From a virus (Duplodnaviria; Caudoviricetes), in the IMG/VR virus record IMGVR_UViG_2751186034_000001, positions 1 through 64,000 of that record: a DNA stretch of 64,000 bases. One strand, written 5' to 3'. Below the pieces are notes generated by a model. It saw only the letters and a program-made list of their open reading frames with translations. It was not told where the DNA came from and ran no database searches. The translations under genes were made by a program, and so were the position numbers. Positions 17,363-26,879 of the stretch are shown piece by piece; positions within the stretch are counted from its first letter, which is position 1; each line of letters begins with the position of its first letter.

Positions 17363-18231
17363 TTCCAGTGACCTATAATTATTGCTCGCGCATAAAATGT
17401 TTGAGCTGTTGCGCCATTTCTTATCACAAGATTTACTTGCGTTGTCGAAAGCATATACGCCGTCATAAGGGCAAAGTCATTCGCACCGTTTGGAATTAAG
17501 GAAACATAGGGTGTTGCAAAGCTAGAGTCTGGCCCTGATGATGCAGGCAGCGTTAGGGTTACCGTACCCACCGTGTTTGCTGCAATAGACGCGGTAGTAC
17601 CGATGGGGCCATTCATAACTATAAGACCACTGACGAACTTATTTATAACCATTCCGCTTATGATGGTTCGCGAGTTAATACCGCCACTAACTGAGGAGGG
17701 GTCTAGGCTAACGTTAAAATCGTTGTACATGATGCGCCATGCACCCCAAGCACCGTTAACGCAAATTCTTTCTGCGCGAATGCTTTGGGTAATTCCGTAA
17801 GCCTCTTGATGATAGTACCCAGCGCCATGGACACTAACCTTTAGAAAAAATGCATTGCCTGAAAAGTTAGGAGGACCATTAGTATAGGTTCCGTTAAGTG
17901 CATACAGCATAGCCGTTATAAGAATGTTGCAATCCGTACCATTTCCCATAACTTGTGCGGTGCCACCATTCCACCCTGCATGACCGACCGTTAGTACCTC
18001 GCCAGCTTTCACGCTGTCGCGAAATGCCTTCGGCAGCCCCAGAGCGCTCTGCGCCCCTGCTTGCGTCGTTGCGCCTGTTCCACCACGCTCCAATGGCAGC
18101 GGCGCAGCGGGTGTGCCAATCCCCTGGTAGAGCTCCAAGGTCATCGCATTTATCTTTGCGCTCGCCACGCGGGGCGTGTCGCCACCGAGACCTGTAGGCG
18201 GCGTACCGAGAATAATTTCTTGTCTTGCCAT
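17359..18231 (-). CDS. Tail fibre protein
   Basis: MARQEIILGT..TGLGGDTPR N-terminus; WGAW motif; AT-rich. Confidence 0.8.
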   Translation of the reverse strand: MARQEIILGTPPTGLGGDTPRVASAKINAMTLELYQGIGTPAAPLPLERGGTGATTQAGAQSALGLPKAFRDSVKAGEVLTVGHAGWNGGTAQVMGNGTDCNILITAMLYALNGTYTNGPPNFSGNAFFLKVSVHGAGYYHQEAYGITQSIRAERICVNGAWGAWRIMYNDFNVSLDPSSVSGGINSRTIISGMVINKFVSGLIVMNGPIGTTASIAANTVGTVTLTLPASSGPDSSFATPYVSLIPNGANDFALMTAYMLSTTQVNLVIRNGATAQTFYARAIIIGHWK

Positions 18232-18295
18232 GGTTTTCTCCAGGCGAAAAAATACCCGCATAGCGGGTGGTGTAGATCAATTGATGAGTGCCCGA

Positions 18296-18982
18296 TCAGG
18301 TGCCGGGAAGTCTGGCGAATACCGCGCCGGGTGCGCCGATATTTGTCCATGGTGAGAGAGCGCTAACCCCAAACACCTGTAACCTGTTCTCTGAATAGTT
18401 GAACCTTACAGCTGATGTTAGCCAGTTTGTGTGGTTCTGTAGTATTCCTCGCGAAAACGGATTGATCATAAAGTACTCATCAGATTGCAGTGGTGCAACA
18501 GATCCATTCGCCCAGTAGTACGCCTGTGCTGTCGCATTTAGAACTACCTGACCCTGATATGACCATGAGTTATTGGCTCTCGTGAAGATCACCGGAGCGG
18601 CCCCTGAGTCGAAAATCAGCACGCCATTTTCGCCCCACATCCTGAGCCCATAATCGGCCTTAGTGATTGACGCGAACACCGCTGCAAACCACTTGCCTGT
18701 TGGCCTGAAGTCGATGTTCAGGGACGTTATTGAAAACCCAGTCCAAGCACCAGGACCGCCGCTAATGGTCATGCTCGTGTATAGCTCATTCGGTCTAGCC
18801 GAGCTGTTCTGAATGAATACGCACGGCGGCTCCGGCGTGGTTATGGCGGATGGGAACGACACTGACACCGATGAACTGCCGGATGCCTGATACGTTCCAC
18901 TGTACAGCGCACAAAGCCTAGGTTGCTCTGAGTCTATCTGTACATAGCTTCCATCGTTTACAACAGATAGACCGAAATTCAA
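18296..18982 (-). CDS. Tail tip accessory protein
   Basis: YGLRMW...LIFDS motif; downstream of J. Confidence 0.7.
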   Translation of the reverse strand: MNFGLSVVNDGSYVQIDSEQPRLCALYSGTYQASGSSSVSVSFPSAITTPEPPCVFIQNSSARPNELYTSMTISGGPGAWTGFSITSLNIDFRPTGKWFAAVFASITKADYGLRMWGENGVLIFDSGAAPVIFTRANNSWSYQGQVVLNATAQAYYWANGSVAPLQSDEYFMINPFSRGILQNHTNWLTSAVRFNYSENRLQVFGVSALSPWTNIGAPGAVFARLPGT

Positions 18983-19305
18983 TTTTTGAACCTCATTACA
19001 AGCAACCTGAACTGTATTGTTGATCCTATAGCGCCCGGCTCATTTGGGTGTTTTGAGCGTACAACAACCGAACCGACGCCTACCGACATAAACGGCATAG
19101 CGCTGTAGCAGTAGTTGTTAGCCGCGGCCTGGGTAGGAAGTATGACGGCTGTGCATGTTGCCGGGTTGAACCCGGCAATGTTTGCTGTAACTACGGCGCC
19201 CATGGCGAGCGTATAGACTGCATTGTGCAGCACCTGATAGGTGTAGCTGTCGGTATCCATTTCGAGCACGCCATTCGCGCTCCACGTCCTTACTCCATAA
19301 GTCAT
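18979..19305 (-). CDS. Tail tip accessory protein
   Basis: MTYGVRTWSANG start overlapping the J stop. Confidence 0.7.
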   Translation of the reverse strand: MTYGVRTWSANGVLEMDTDSYTYQVLHNAVYTLAMGAVVTANIAGFNPATCTAVILPTQAAANNYCYSAMPFMSVGVGSVVVRSKHPNEPGAIGSTIQFRLLVMRFKN

Positions 19306-22300
19306 GGCGAAAGCCTCCCCACCAATACACGCAGAAGCTCGTTGATGTCGTATACCGAAAGGCCATCGTTATTGAGCAGTGTCGAGCCACCGGTGCCGGC
19401 GCTACGAAGCGTGAACGTGCCGGCCTTGACATTGATCTCCAGTAACGGCCGCCCCTTGGAGTCGACCGTCTCTGATTTCAGCGTCATCCCCAGAATGATC
19501 TCCTGGATAAAGGCCTTGCTGATAATTGCCTGATTGAGGACTACCTGGTTCCCCTGAACAACAAACATAGGAGTGAGCTGTCCGCTAACCTCGTCGACTA
19601 CCGCAAAACGCTGCGCAAAAATCAGAAACTCCGACTGCTCGCCATCTGAGCCAAACGCGAAGCCGGAGGCGACCGTCTTTCCTCCAGCAGTGGTTTGGGC
19701 CTTGAACGTAACCATCGACGAAACCTTCCCGTCGGTGGTGGCCTGAGCTTTGCTGACGACCTGAATAGCTGCCGAGTTATCGCCGGCAACCGCCTTTAGG
19801 GTTTTGATCTCTTCGGCAGTGGCAGCTTTGTCAGTTGCCACGGCTGTCTGCACGGTCGTGATGCTTGCCGCGTTCGCCGCCACATTCGCTTCGACAATAT
19901 CTGTACGCTGCGACTGCGCGAAATCCCGCTCAGCAATTGCGGACATCAACGACCAGGCCCCGGCCGAGGCGGTGTCATCACCCGCACTGCCCTGCTCCGA
20001 GCCTGCTGAGTCGGATTTCACCAACGCATAGACGCCTTCCAAGCGTTCGGCGGTGGCCGTGACCTTCCCGTCCACCTCTTCGATGGCTGCCTTGTTCTGG
20101 CTGATTTCCAGTGCCATCGCCGCATTCGTTTCGGCGATGGTGCCCAGGTTGAACCAGTAGTTGGCGTTCGGCGGTGTGGTGTTGACCGGTACCGCCTTGG
20201 TGGCCTGGAACAACTGCTGGCCTACCCGGACCATGTCGCCCTTGGCGTAGGTCTTTGTGGCGACGTACTCCAGAGCGTCGACCACTTCCGAGATCAGATC
20301 CTCCAGCTCCTGCTTAGCCTTCTCCAGACGATCGTTGACCGAGCCCGGTCCATCACCAGTAATCAGGTCGATCTCTTCCCGCAGGCTCTGGTACAGCGCA
20401 CCCTTGCCGATCTTCTCGGCGAAGTACTTGTCGTACTCGGTCCGGTCAGAACTGGCCCGGCCATTCACGGCGCCCGGGATCGGCCAGAACGGCCCGACGT
20501 TGCCGGTACGGTCCACCAGGCGTGCCCAGAAGTAGAAGCTCGCCCCCGCCAGGATGTTCTGCATCTCGTGCTTGGCCTGCGGGTAGCTGAAGTCGCTCAG
20601 CTTCACCGCAGTGGTTAGGTCCGGTGACTGGCTGTACCACAACTCGGTGCGTTGGGTGTCCTCGGCGCCCGGCGGGAAGCCCCACTGGATGCCAATGCCA
20701 TAGACCAGGCTGCTGGTGGTCAGGAACGCCACCGCCGGCGGCAGGCCAACCTTCCCTTCCAGGTTGGTCAAATTGGAGCTCTTCCAGATCGAGGAGATCT
20801 CGAAGGCGCTCACCGACCGAACCCGGGCCACGTAGGAGCCCGCGTAAATGCCGGTGACGTCGACGCTGGTCGAACCGGTGCGCTGCACCTTGATCCAGTT
20901 GCCGCTGTCCTTGCGCCACTCCACGTCATACGCGACCGCACCGTTCACGGCGGGCCACGAGATGTTCATGGTGCTGATCGCGAGGCCCTGGTTAACGGCG
21001 TAGCTTGACGTCAGCGTGACGCTCGCCGGCGCCGGAACGACGGTGATCGGCACCACGCTGATTGGGCGTTCTTCCAGGCGCGCACCGGTATCGATGTGCG
21101 CGAACTTGCTCGGGTCATACTGCACGGCCGAGATTTCAAAGACGCCTGGCTCCGGCCGGGCCACGCTCACCACCCTGTATAACGGGATTGCCAGGTCGTC
21201 GGCATCCAGCGCCCACACCAGTTCGGGTTCGGGCGCAACGGAGTAGGCCACGGTAACGGTGACCTGCCGGCCGCTGACCAGTTGCACGGTGCGCCCCTCG
21301 CACTTGCCGTCGGGCAGGTTGAGGATCAATCGATCGCCGGGCTTGGCCTGGGTATCACGGTCCAGTGTGATGACCTTGCCGTTCACAGCAGCGATGCGCC
21401 CGCCCACCGGCCGACCGGCCAGGAGTTCGTCGGCGATCGGGATCACGTAGCCAGGCAGCGGGATGCGCCCGTCGAGGCCGACCTTGAAGGTAACGGCCCG
21501 GTCCTTGGAGTTGGTGAGCAATGCCCACTTGCCCCGGCGCTGCGCCTCCGACTCGCGGGTGCAGCCGATGGCGCTGATCTCCAGCGGGTTGTCGCCGTAG
21601 CGGCGCTGCAGCTTGGCATCCGTAACGGCCGTGACGTCGGTGTCGTAGTTGTTCGCCGGGTTGTCGTAGCTGATCAGCGCGCGGCTGTACCGGGTGCGCT
21701 CCGACGCACTCGAGTAGGTGAACTTGCTGTCGATCACGTTCGCCCGGGTGTAGGCGAAGTCGAAATCAGTGGCGCGCGGCATGTCCGACAGCGTGAAGAC
21801 CTGGCCCTGGGCCCAGTAGGTCATGCCCCGGTAGATCGCCGAAATGTCGCGCAGCAGCGACCAGGCGTCAGCCTTGCTCTGCAGGTTCAGGTTGCAGATG
21901 AAGCGCGGCTCCTGGCCGCCCTTCCCGTCCGGTACCAGTTGGTCGCAGTACTGAGAGATGCGGTAAAGCTCCCACTTGTCGACCATCCAGGGTTTGATGC
22001 GGCGGCCAAGGCCGAAGCGGTCGGCCGTGGTGATGCCGTATGTAGCCCAGGTCGGATTGTTGGTGTAGGCCTCTTTGAGCGTTCCGTCCCAGATACCACT
22101 GTATGTCCGCGACACGGGGTCGTAGTTGCTTGGGACCTGCCATTTGCGAGCCTTGCAGCCGACGGTTACCGCTGGAATGCTGCGGAACTGCTCGGCCGAA
22201 AATTCGATGTAGAGCAGCGCGGTGTTCGGATAGCGGATCTTGGCGTCGATCACCTCAGTGAAGCCGGCGATCTGCATCGTGTCGGAGATTTTGTTGTTGT

Positions 22301-22901
22301 TCTGGTTGATCGTCAGGCGGGTGATGCGCATCAGCCAGCCGGCGGTAGCCTTGGGTAAATCGATACGACGAGTGCGCTCGTAAAGGCTGGTGGTCTTACC
22401 GTCGACCGCCTCACTCAGCACCTGCTGGTAGGCGCCGCCGTCGGTGGCGAGCTCAACTTTGTACTCAATCCGGTAGCCGTTGATGTTGTTGCTGGCATCC
22501 ACAGACTGGAGCGCCGGCCAAGCAAAACGCACGCGCACGGCCGAAAGCTGGGTGTTACTGATTGCCCGAACCCACGGTGTGCCGCTGCGCAGCTCGGTAC
22601 TGATGGTGGTCTCGTTCTCGATCGAGGGGATGCCCTGGATATAGGTCTGGTCCACGGCCCCGGTGCGCCACTCCCACTTCACGTTCGGGAAGTTCATGTT
22701 GCCCTGAGGATCTTGCAGCGGGGTGTTGTCGAGGTAAATGTCGCGAGCGGTTGGAGTGCCTTCGAACTCACCCTCTCCGATGGCAATCAGCATCTTGGCG
22801 ATGGCAACAGAGCGCAGGCTATCCGGGGCTTCCGTTGGCGTTTTTGCTTTCTCTTCGCCGCCCTTGGCGCCGTGGATATCAATCTTGCGTGCTGCGCCCA
22901 T
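19302..22901 (-). CDS. Host specificity / tail tip protein J
   Basis: GAKGG start, EAPDSLRS, FN3-like region, FLIFAQRFAV. Confidence 0.93.
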   Translation of the reverse strand: MGAARKIDIHGAKGGEEKAKTPTEAPDSLRSVAIAKMLIAIGEGEFEGTPTARDIYLDNTPLQDPQGNMNFPNVKWEWRTGAVDQTYIQGIPSIENETTISTELRSGTPWVRAISNTQLSAVRVRFAWPALQSVDASNNINGYRIEYKVELATDGGAYQQVLSEAVDGKTTSLYERTRRIDLPKATAGWLMRITRLTINQNNNKISDTMQIAGFTEVIDAKIRYPNTALLYIEFSAEQFRSIPAVTVGCKARKWQVPSNYDPVSRTYSGIWDGTLKEAYTNNPTWATYGITTADRFGLGRRIKPWMVDKWELYRISQYCDQLVPDGKGGQEPRFICNLNLQSKADAWSLLRDISAIYRGMTYWAQGQVFTLSDMPRATDFDFAYTRANVIDSKFTYSSASERTRYSRALISYDNPANNYDTDVTAVTDAKLQRRYGDNPLEISAIGCTRESEAQRRGKWALLTNSKDRAVTFKVGLDGRIPLPGYVIPIADELLAGRPVGGRIAAVNGKVITLDRDTQAKPGDRLILNLPDGKCEGRTVQLVSGRQVTVTVAYSVAPEPELVWALDADDLAIPLYRVVSVARPEPGVFEISAVQYDPSKFAHIDTGARLEERPISVVPITVVPAPASVTLTSSYAVNQGLAISTMNISWPAVNGAVAYDVEWRKDSGNWIKVQRTGSTSVDVTGIYAGSYVARVRSVSAFEISSIWKSSNLTNLEGKVGLPPAVAFLTTSSLVYGIGIQWGFPPGAEDTQRTELWYSQSPDLTTAVKLSDFSYPQAKHEMQNILAGASFYFWARLVDRTGNVGPFWPIPGAVNGRASSDRTEYDKYFAEKIGKGALYQSLREEIDLITGDGPGSVNDRLEKAKQELEDLISEVVDALEYVATKTYAKGDMVRVGQQLFQATKAVPVNTTPPNANYWFNLGTIAETNAAMALEISQNKAAIEEVDGKVTATAERLEGVYALVKSDSAGSEQGSAGDDTASAGAWSLMSAIAERDFAQSQRTDIVEANVAANAASITTVQTAVATDKAATAEEIKTLKAVAGDNSAAIQVVSKAQATTDGKVSSMVTFKAQTTAGGKTVASGFAFGSDGEQSEFLIFAQRFAVVDEVSGQLTPMFVVQGNQVVLNQAIISKAFIQEIILGMTLKSETVDSKGRPLLEINVKAGTFTLRSAGTGGSTLLNNDGLSVYDINELLRVLVGRLSP

Positions 22902-22960
22902 GCTTTCCTCCAGGCAATAAAAAACCGCCTCTTGGGCGGCTGCGGTGCTGCGGGTTTCTG

Positions 22961-23572
22961 CTACATCTGGTCTTCGGCGTAGATGGCGGCGCTGATAATT
23001 GCGCCACCCCACCGGCGCTCGCCTATACAAAGCGGTACCGGGTTACCGGATGCAGTGGTGTTCTTGGCGCTGCCGAAGGCATAGCCGGGGGTGTTCTCTG
23101 GCGCGGCGCTGGTCTTGAGGCCGCCGGCCTGGGGGCTGAGCATTTGGATTACGCCGCCCAGCACCATCGATCCGCCCATCATGATCAATGCCGAGCCGAA
23201 AGGGGCCATGGTGCCGAAGCTGCCACCGGTGATCACCAAGCCAACGACGATGAGTACGGCTCCAATGATTGTTTGTAGGGCGCCACCCCGTTTACTGCCT
23301 GTGATTACCGGTGCGATCCGGATGCTTCCTTCGCCGGAAAAACCGAGCTCTTTTTCTTCAAGATTTTTCGATCCGCGGAAAACCGCAAATTCGACACCTC
23401 GCGATTTTGCATTCGACAGGAACCGCTCAAAGCCGGGAATCTGGACGCACAGAGCTTTAACTGCTTCTGCCGGCGTCCTTACGACCATCCGAAAGGACCT
23501 CCCAAACTGACGAAGCTGTCCGTAGAGCAGGATCGTGGTCATGGGCTGATAATTGATGGCAAGTGCCGCCAT
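22961..23572 (-). CDS. Tail assembly protein I
   Basis: GNPVPLCIGERRWGG motif. Confidence 0.9.
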   Translation of the reverse strand: MAALAINYQPMTTILLYGQLRQFGRSFRMVVRTPAEAVKALCVQIPGFERFLSNAKSRGVEFAVFRGSKNLEEKELGFSGEGSIRIAPVITGSKRGGALQTIIGAVLIVVGLVITGGSFGTMAPFGSALIMMGGSMVLGGVIQMLSPQAGGLKTSAAPENTPGYAFGSAKNTTASGNPVPLCIGERRWGGAIISAAIYAEDQM

Positions 23573-23634
23573 GTGCTTTTCTCCAGGTAATAAAAAGGCC
23601 CGCCGAAGCGAGCCTTGAACAATTTGATTTGCCG

Positions 23635-23985
23635 CTACAGGCAGCCTTGCAGCGCGGTCAGCCGTTTATTGGCGATCCAATTACCCACCACCACGTAATA
23701 CTTCGCCTCTGAGCCCGCGCCCTTGGGCTGGATGTCCACAAAATAAGCAGAGGCCTCAGTGAAAACGGTATAGCCGCTTGGTCTTCCGGCTTGAAGTGTT
23801 GCACCTGGCGTTCCGCCGAAAATTGCCTGATTTTGCCATTCGTACTGAACGCATTCAGCGACGTCTTTATCCGACTTTTTCGAATGCAGGACCTTGTAAG
23901 GGCCATCTAGGCGAGCCTCGTTCATCGTTGGCGGCATACACCCCGCCAGCATCGCCACCGCTACCGCCGCTATCAAAGTTCGCAT
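23635..23985 (-). CDS. Lipoprotein (moron)
   Basis: Lipobox LAGC. Confidence 0.75.
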   Translation of the reverse strand: MRTLIAAVAVAMLAGCMPPTMNEARLDGPYKVLHSKKSDKDVAECVQYEWQNQAIFGGTPGATLQAGRPSGYTVFTEASAYFVDIQPKGAGSEAKYYVVVGNWIANKRLTALQGCL

Positions 23986-24006
23986 GTCGTTCCTTCTTTG
24001 GTTTGT

Positions 24007-24294
24007 CTATTTGAAGCTCGTCGGAATGGTGGGCACTTCAACGACCTTGCCGTCCACTATGCGGAAAGAGACCACTCGGCTAGCGCCAGTCATGCCGTTC
24101 GCGTGGCTCCAAACCCACATCTGTCCGTCAGCCCGAGAAACGACGGAGTACGGAGGCCCCATAATCTGGGTCACCTGTTCCTCAGTCATTCCGATCTGGA
24201 CCTTCCTGGCGTCATCATACGAAAAGCTTGTTCCGGCACAGCCAGAAAGCACGAACGCCAAAGCAGCTGCGGCGACAACCTTTGAAATCCGCAT
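24007..24294 (-). CDS. BamE/SmpA-domain lipoprotein (moron)
   Basis: Lipobox LSGC; VQIGMTEEQVTQIMGPP motif. Confidence 0.75.
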   Translation of the reverse strand: MRISKVVAAAALAFVLSGCAGTSFSYDDARKVQIGMTEEQVTQIMGPPYSVVSRADGQMWVWSHANGMTGASRVVSFRIVDGKVVEVPTIPTSFK

Positions 24295-24427
24295 GAGCAT
24301 CTCCTTGCCCTAAAACGCCGACTGTACCCCGTACCTGTCCGGGCATCCAGTGTGGATGGAATGCCAGTAGCGACTGATCCATGAGCGGTAGTAGCCTCCG
24401 CCAACTCAAAGTCGGCCAGGAGGCCCT

Positions 24428-25027
24428 ATGTCCTCGCTCTTGTTCTACACGGATGAAAACGACGCAATTGTGGCCACGGATACGCTTTTACATTATTCCG
24501 TCGACACGCCCCCAGGATTCGCCAGCAAAGCCATCTCTATACCTCACATGCGAATGATCATCGCAGGTACCGGATCGGCGCTTCTCTTCAGTCGCTGGAT
24601 AGGCCTTGTGAATAACCAAGGTTTTGCCCTCGATGTAGATACGGTCGATGCTCATGCCCCCCAGGAGCTTCAGGCCCTCTGGAGCGAACTGAATCGCTAT
24701 GTCCCCGCCCTCCAAGACCAAACTGCAACGATCTATCACTTCGGGATTTCCGACGATTCTGGAAAAATCCATGGATTCGCTTACCGTTCTGTGTCGGACT
24801 TCAAATCCGAGCGTTTAGATTATGGGCTCGGGGTAAAGCCAGAGCTTATGAATAAGGCGGGTATCGACTTGGATTCGTTCCCTGCGTGTGCGCCCGACAT
24901 AATGCGCGCGCAATCGCGACAGGAAGACGAAAAAGCCCTAAATCGCGTTTATATAGGCGGGTCGGTGCAAGTCACCCATCTATCCAAGCACGGGTTTTCC
25001 ATTTATTCATTGGGCGATCTGGACTGA
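24428..25027 (+). CDS. Proteasome-beta-like Ntn hydrolase candidate (moron)
   Basis: Ser1/Asp17/Lys33 after Met removal, IIAGTG, C-terminal IGGSVQV; opposite strand with GGAGG RBS. Confidence 0.6.
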   Translation: MSSLLFYTDENDAIVATDTLLHYSVDTPPGFASKAISIPHMRMIIAGTGSALLFSRWIGLVNNQGFALDVDTVDAHAPQELQALWSELNRYVPALQDQTATIYHFGISDDSGKIHGFAYRSVSDFKSERLDYGLGVKPELMNKAGIDLDSFPACAPDIMRAQSRQEDEKALNRVYIGGSVQVTHLSKHGFSIYSLGDLD

Positions 25028-25776
25028 GCATCTTTGTGCCTGAGTATCAGGCGAGTTCTGTCATGCCACGGTCCGCCGAACACCAAAATCTCGGACGGCC
25101 TACCGTACAGGTGGTGCAGCAGGAACGGGCCAGGGCCGAAGGTGCCCGACTCTTCACCGGGCAGCGTTGGATCGGTACCCAGGTAGATCCCAGCGTGGTT
25201 CGGGTGAGCTGTCCGGCCAACCTGCATAACGATCATGTCGCCGCGCTGCGGCCGGTCGACACGTACAAAACCGGCGGCCTCGTAGTTCGCCTCGTACAGG
25301 CTGGCGTTCTCTGCGCTCTCCCACCAGCCATCGGCGCGCTGGAAGGCTTCGAATTCCAGACCCCATTCGCGCTGGTACCACTCGGCACAAATACCCCAAC
25401 AGTCCCAAACCCCATGAACAAATGGGCGATTGAGCAGCGGCGTGCTGCCCGTTGGCGTGATCGACCTGAGATCGCCCTCGGGCCAACTCAGGATATGCCA
25501 GGGCAGCTCTGTAGCTTCGCACATGGCCAGGTCATGCGGTGATGGTCTGCTGGTGGCATCAGGATGCGAGTGAACGATCCCGATCACCTCGCCCAAATCT
25601 TCCGCCGCGGCGTATTCCTCGGGATCGAGCCGAAACTCTTCGTTCGGCTCCGTGGCGATGTTCCGGCATGGGAAGTACTTCTGCGCGCGCCCTATGGCCA
25701 ACAACAGCCCGCAGCACTCGCGGGGATACTCCGCTGCCGCGTGCGCCTGAATCGCCGCAATGATGTGTTTGCGCAT
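25003..25776 (-). CDS. Tail assembly protein K (JAB + NlpC/P60)
   Basis: HSHPD..PSPHD and DCWG..NHAGIY motifs. Confidence 0.92.
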   Translation of the reverse strand: MRKHIIAAIQAHAAAEYPRECCGLLLAIGRAQKYFPCRNIATEPNEEFRLDPEEYAAAEDLGEVIGIVHSHPDATSRPSPHDLAMCEATELPWHILSWPEGDLRSITPTGSTPLLNRPFVHGVWDCWGICAEWYQREWGLEFEAFQRADGWWESAENASLYEANYEAAGFVRVDRPQRGDMIVMQVGRTAHPNHAGIYLGTDPTLPGEESGTFGPGPFLLHHLYGRPSEILVFGGPWHDRTRLILRHKDAQSRSPNE

Positions 25777-25778
25777 AG

Positions 25779-26531
25779 TCAGCTCCTTGAGACCAAGCTC
25801 ACAGCGGGGAATCCACCGAAACTGAGCTCGTTGCTCTCGCCGAAGCGCAACTTGCACGACGACAGGCAGCCCTTGCACTGATCCTTGGCGGGGTCATCCG
25901 TGGGGTTGTCCTCGTCATCGAACATGGCCGCGCCGGTGTAGCCACAGTCCGGCCCGCGGTAGCCGTTTGTCATACTCCAGTGGCAAAACGTCGTCATCTG
26001 CCGGCCGGGCAGTCCGTGGTTGTCGATCTCCCCCGGGGAAGACAGCTCCCAGACCACCGCCTCGCCGTCCTCGCTGGTTTTCTGGTCGATGTACCAGATC
26101 TCCAACGCTTCCTGGGTCGGGTCTGCAGTCGGGTTGCCGTCAGGAAAGTTGGCCGCGTCCAGGTACTGGGCCAGGGTCTCGCGAACCGTCAGCTTGAACT
26201 TGAGCATGTCCTCGAAGGCCAGGCACAGCGCCGTGACTCTGCCGTTGACGTTGCCGGCGGCGAACGTCGGCCGTGAGGCTGTGCCGTCGCTACTCGAAGA
26301 AATCCCCTCAATCTGCACCGGCCAGGCCGCGTACTCTTCGCCCTGCCACCAGATCGACTTCGCCGGCAGATCCTCTTCCGAATGCTCGTAGGCCAGCAGT
26401 TCTTCTGGTGTGTGCGGAATGGCGTGCCCGTGGAAGCGCAGGTAATCCGCGCCGTACTCAGTCCCGTCAATTTCAAACAGGCGAATCTCGCCACCGGGCT
26501 CCAGTTTCTGGATGTCCGTGATCAGTGCCAT
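25779..26531 (-). CDS. Minor tail protein L
   Basis: Cys cluster, FGGFPA C-terminus. Confidence 0.92.
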   Translation of the reverse strand: MALITDIQKLEPGGEIRLFEIDGTEYGADYLRFHGHAIPHTPEELLAYEHSEEDLPAKSIWWQGEEYAAWPVQIEGISSSSDGTASRPTFAAGNVNGRVTALCLAFEDMLKFKLTVRETLAQYLDAANFPDGNPTADPTQEALEIWYIDQKTSEDGEAVVWELSSPGEIDNHGLPGRQMTTFCHWSMTNGYRGPDCGYTGAAMFDDEDNPTDDPAKDQCKGCLSSCKLRFGESNELSFGGFPAVSLVSRS

Positions 26532-26540
26532 GGATAGGCC

Positions 26541-26879
26541 TCAGGGATGAAAGGTTTGCTTGAAGGTCGCGGTGATGGCGTAGACCTGACCGCCACGGTG
26601 AACCGGTTTGTAGCCGTTGCACTTGTAGAGGCCAAGCTCGCCCAAGGGCGGCTCCCATAGAAAGCCCTTGGCGCCCTTGTGCCGATCGAGGAACGCCTTG
26701 ATTTCCAGAACGCGAGCCTTGGCGCCGGTGAACGTGAGCGGCCAGGATTGGGACTGGTTATTGAGTCCGTCTTCGACCGACTGCTCATACCCATCGCCGA
26801 ACTGCTTGGTCCGGACGCGCTGGGTCACATCACCCTCCGCGCCCTTTTCCGTTGCCCAGGTGAATCGTTCGATTGCCAT
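26541..26879 (-). CDS. Minor tail protein M
   Basis: FGDGYEQ...GLN motif. Confidence 0.92.
   Translation of the reverse strand: MAIERFTWATEKGAEGDVTQRVRTKQFGDGYEQSVEDGLNNQSQSWPLTFTGAKARVLEIKAFLDRHKGAKGFLWEPPLGELGLYKCNGYKPVHRGGQVYAITATFKQTFHP

Noticed and set aside
17359-22901. DGR or invertase-based tail fibre variation
   Set aside because: No reverse transcriptase, TR/VR pair, invertase or inverted repeats seen
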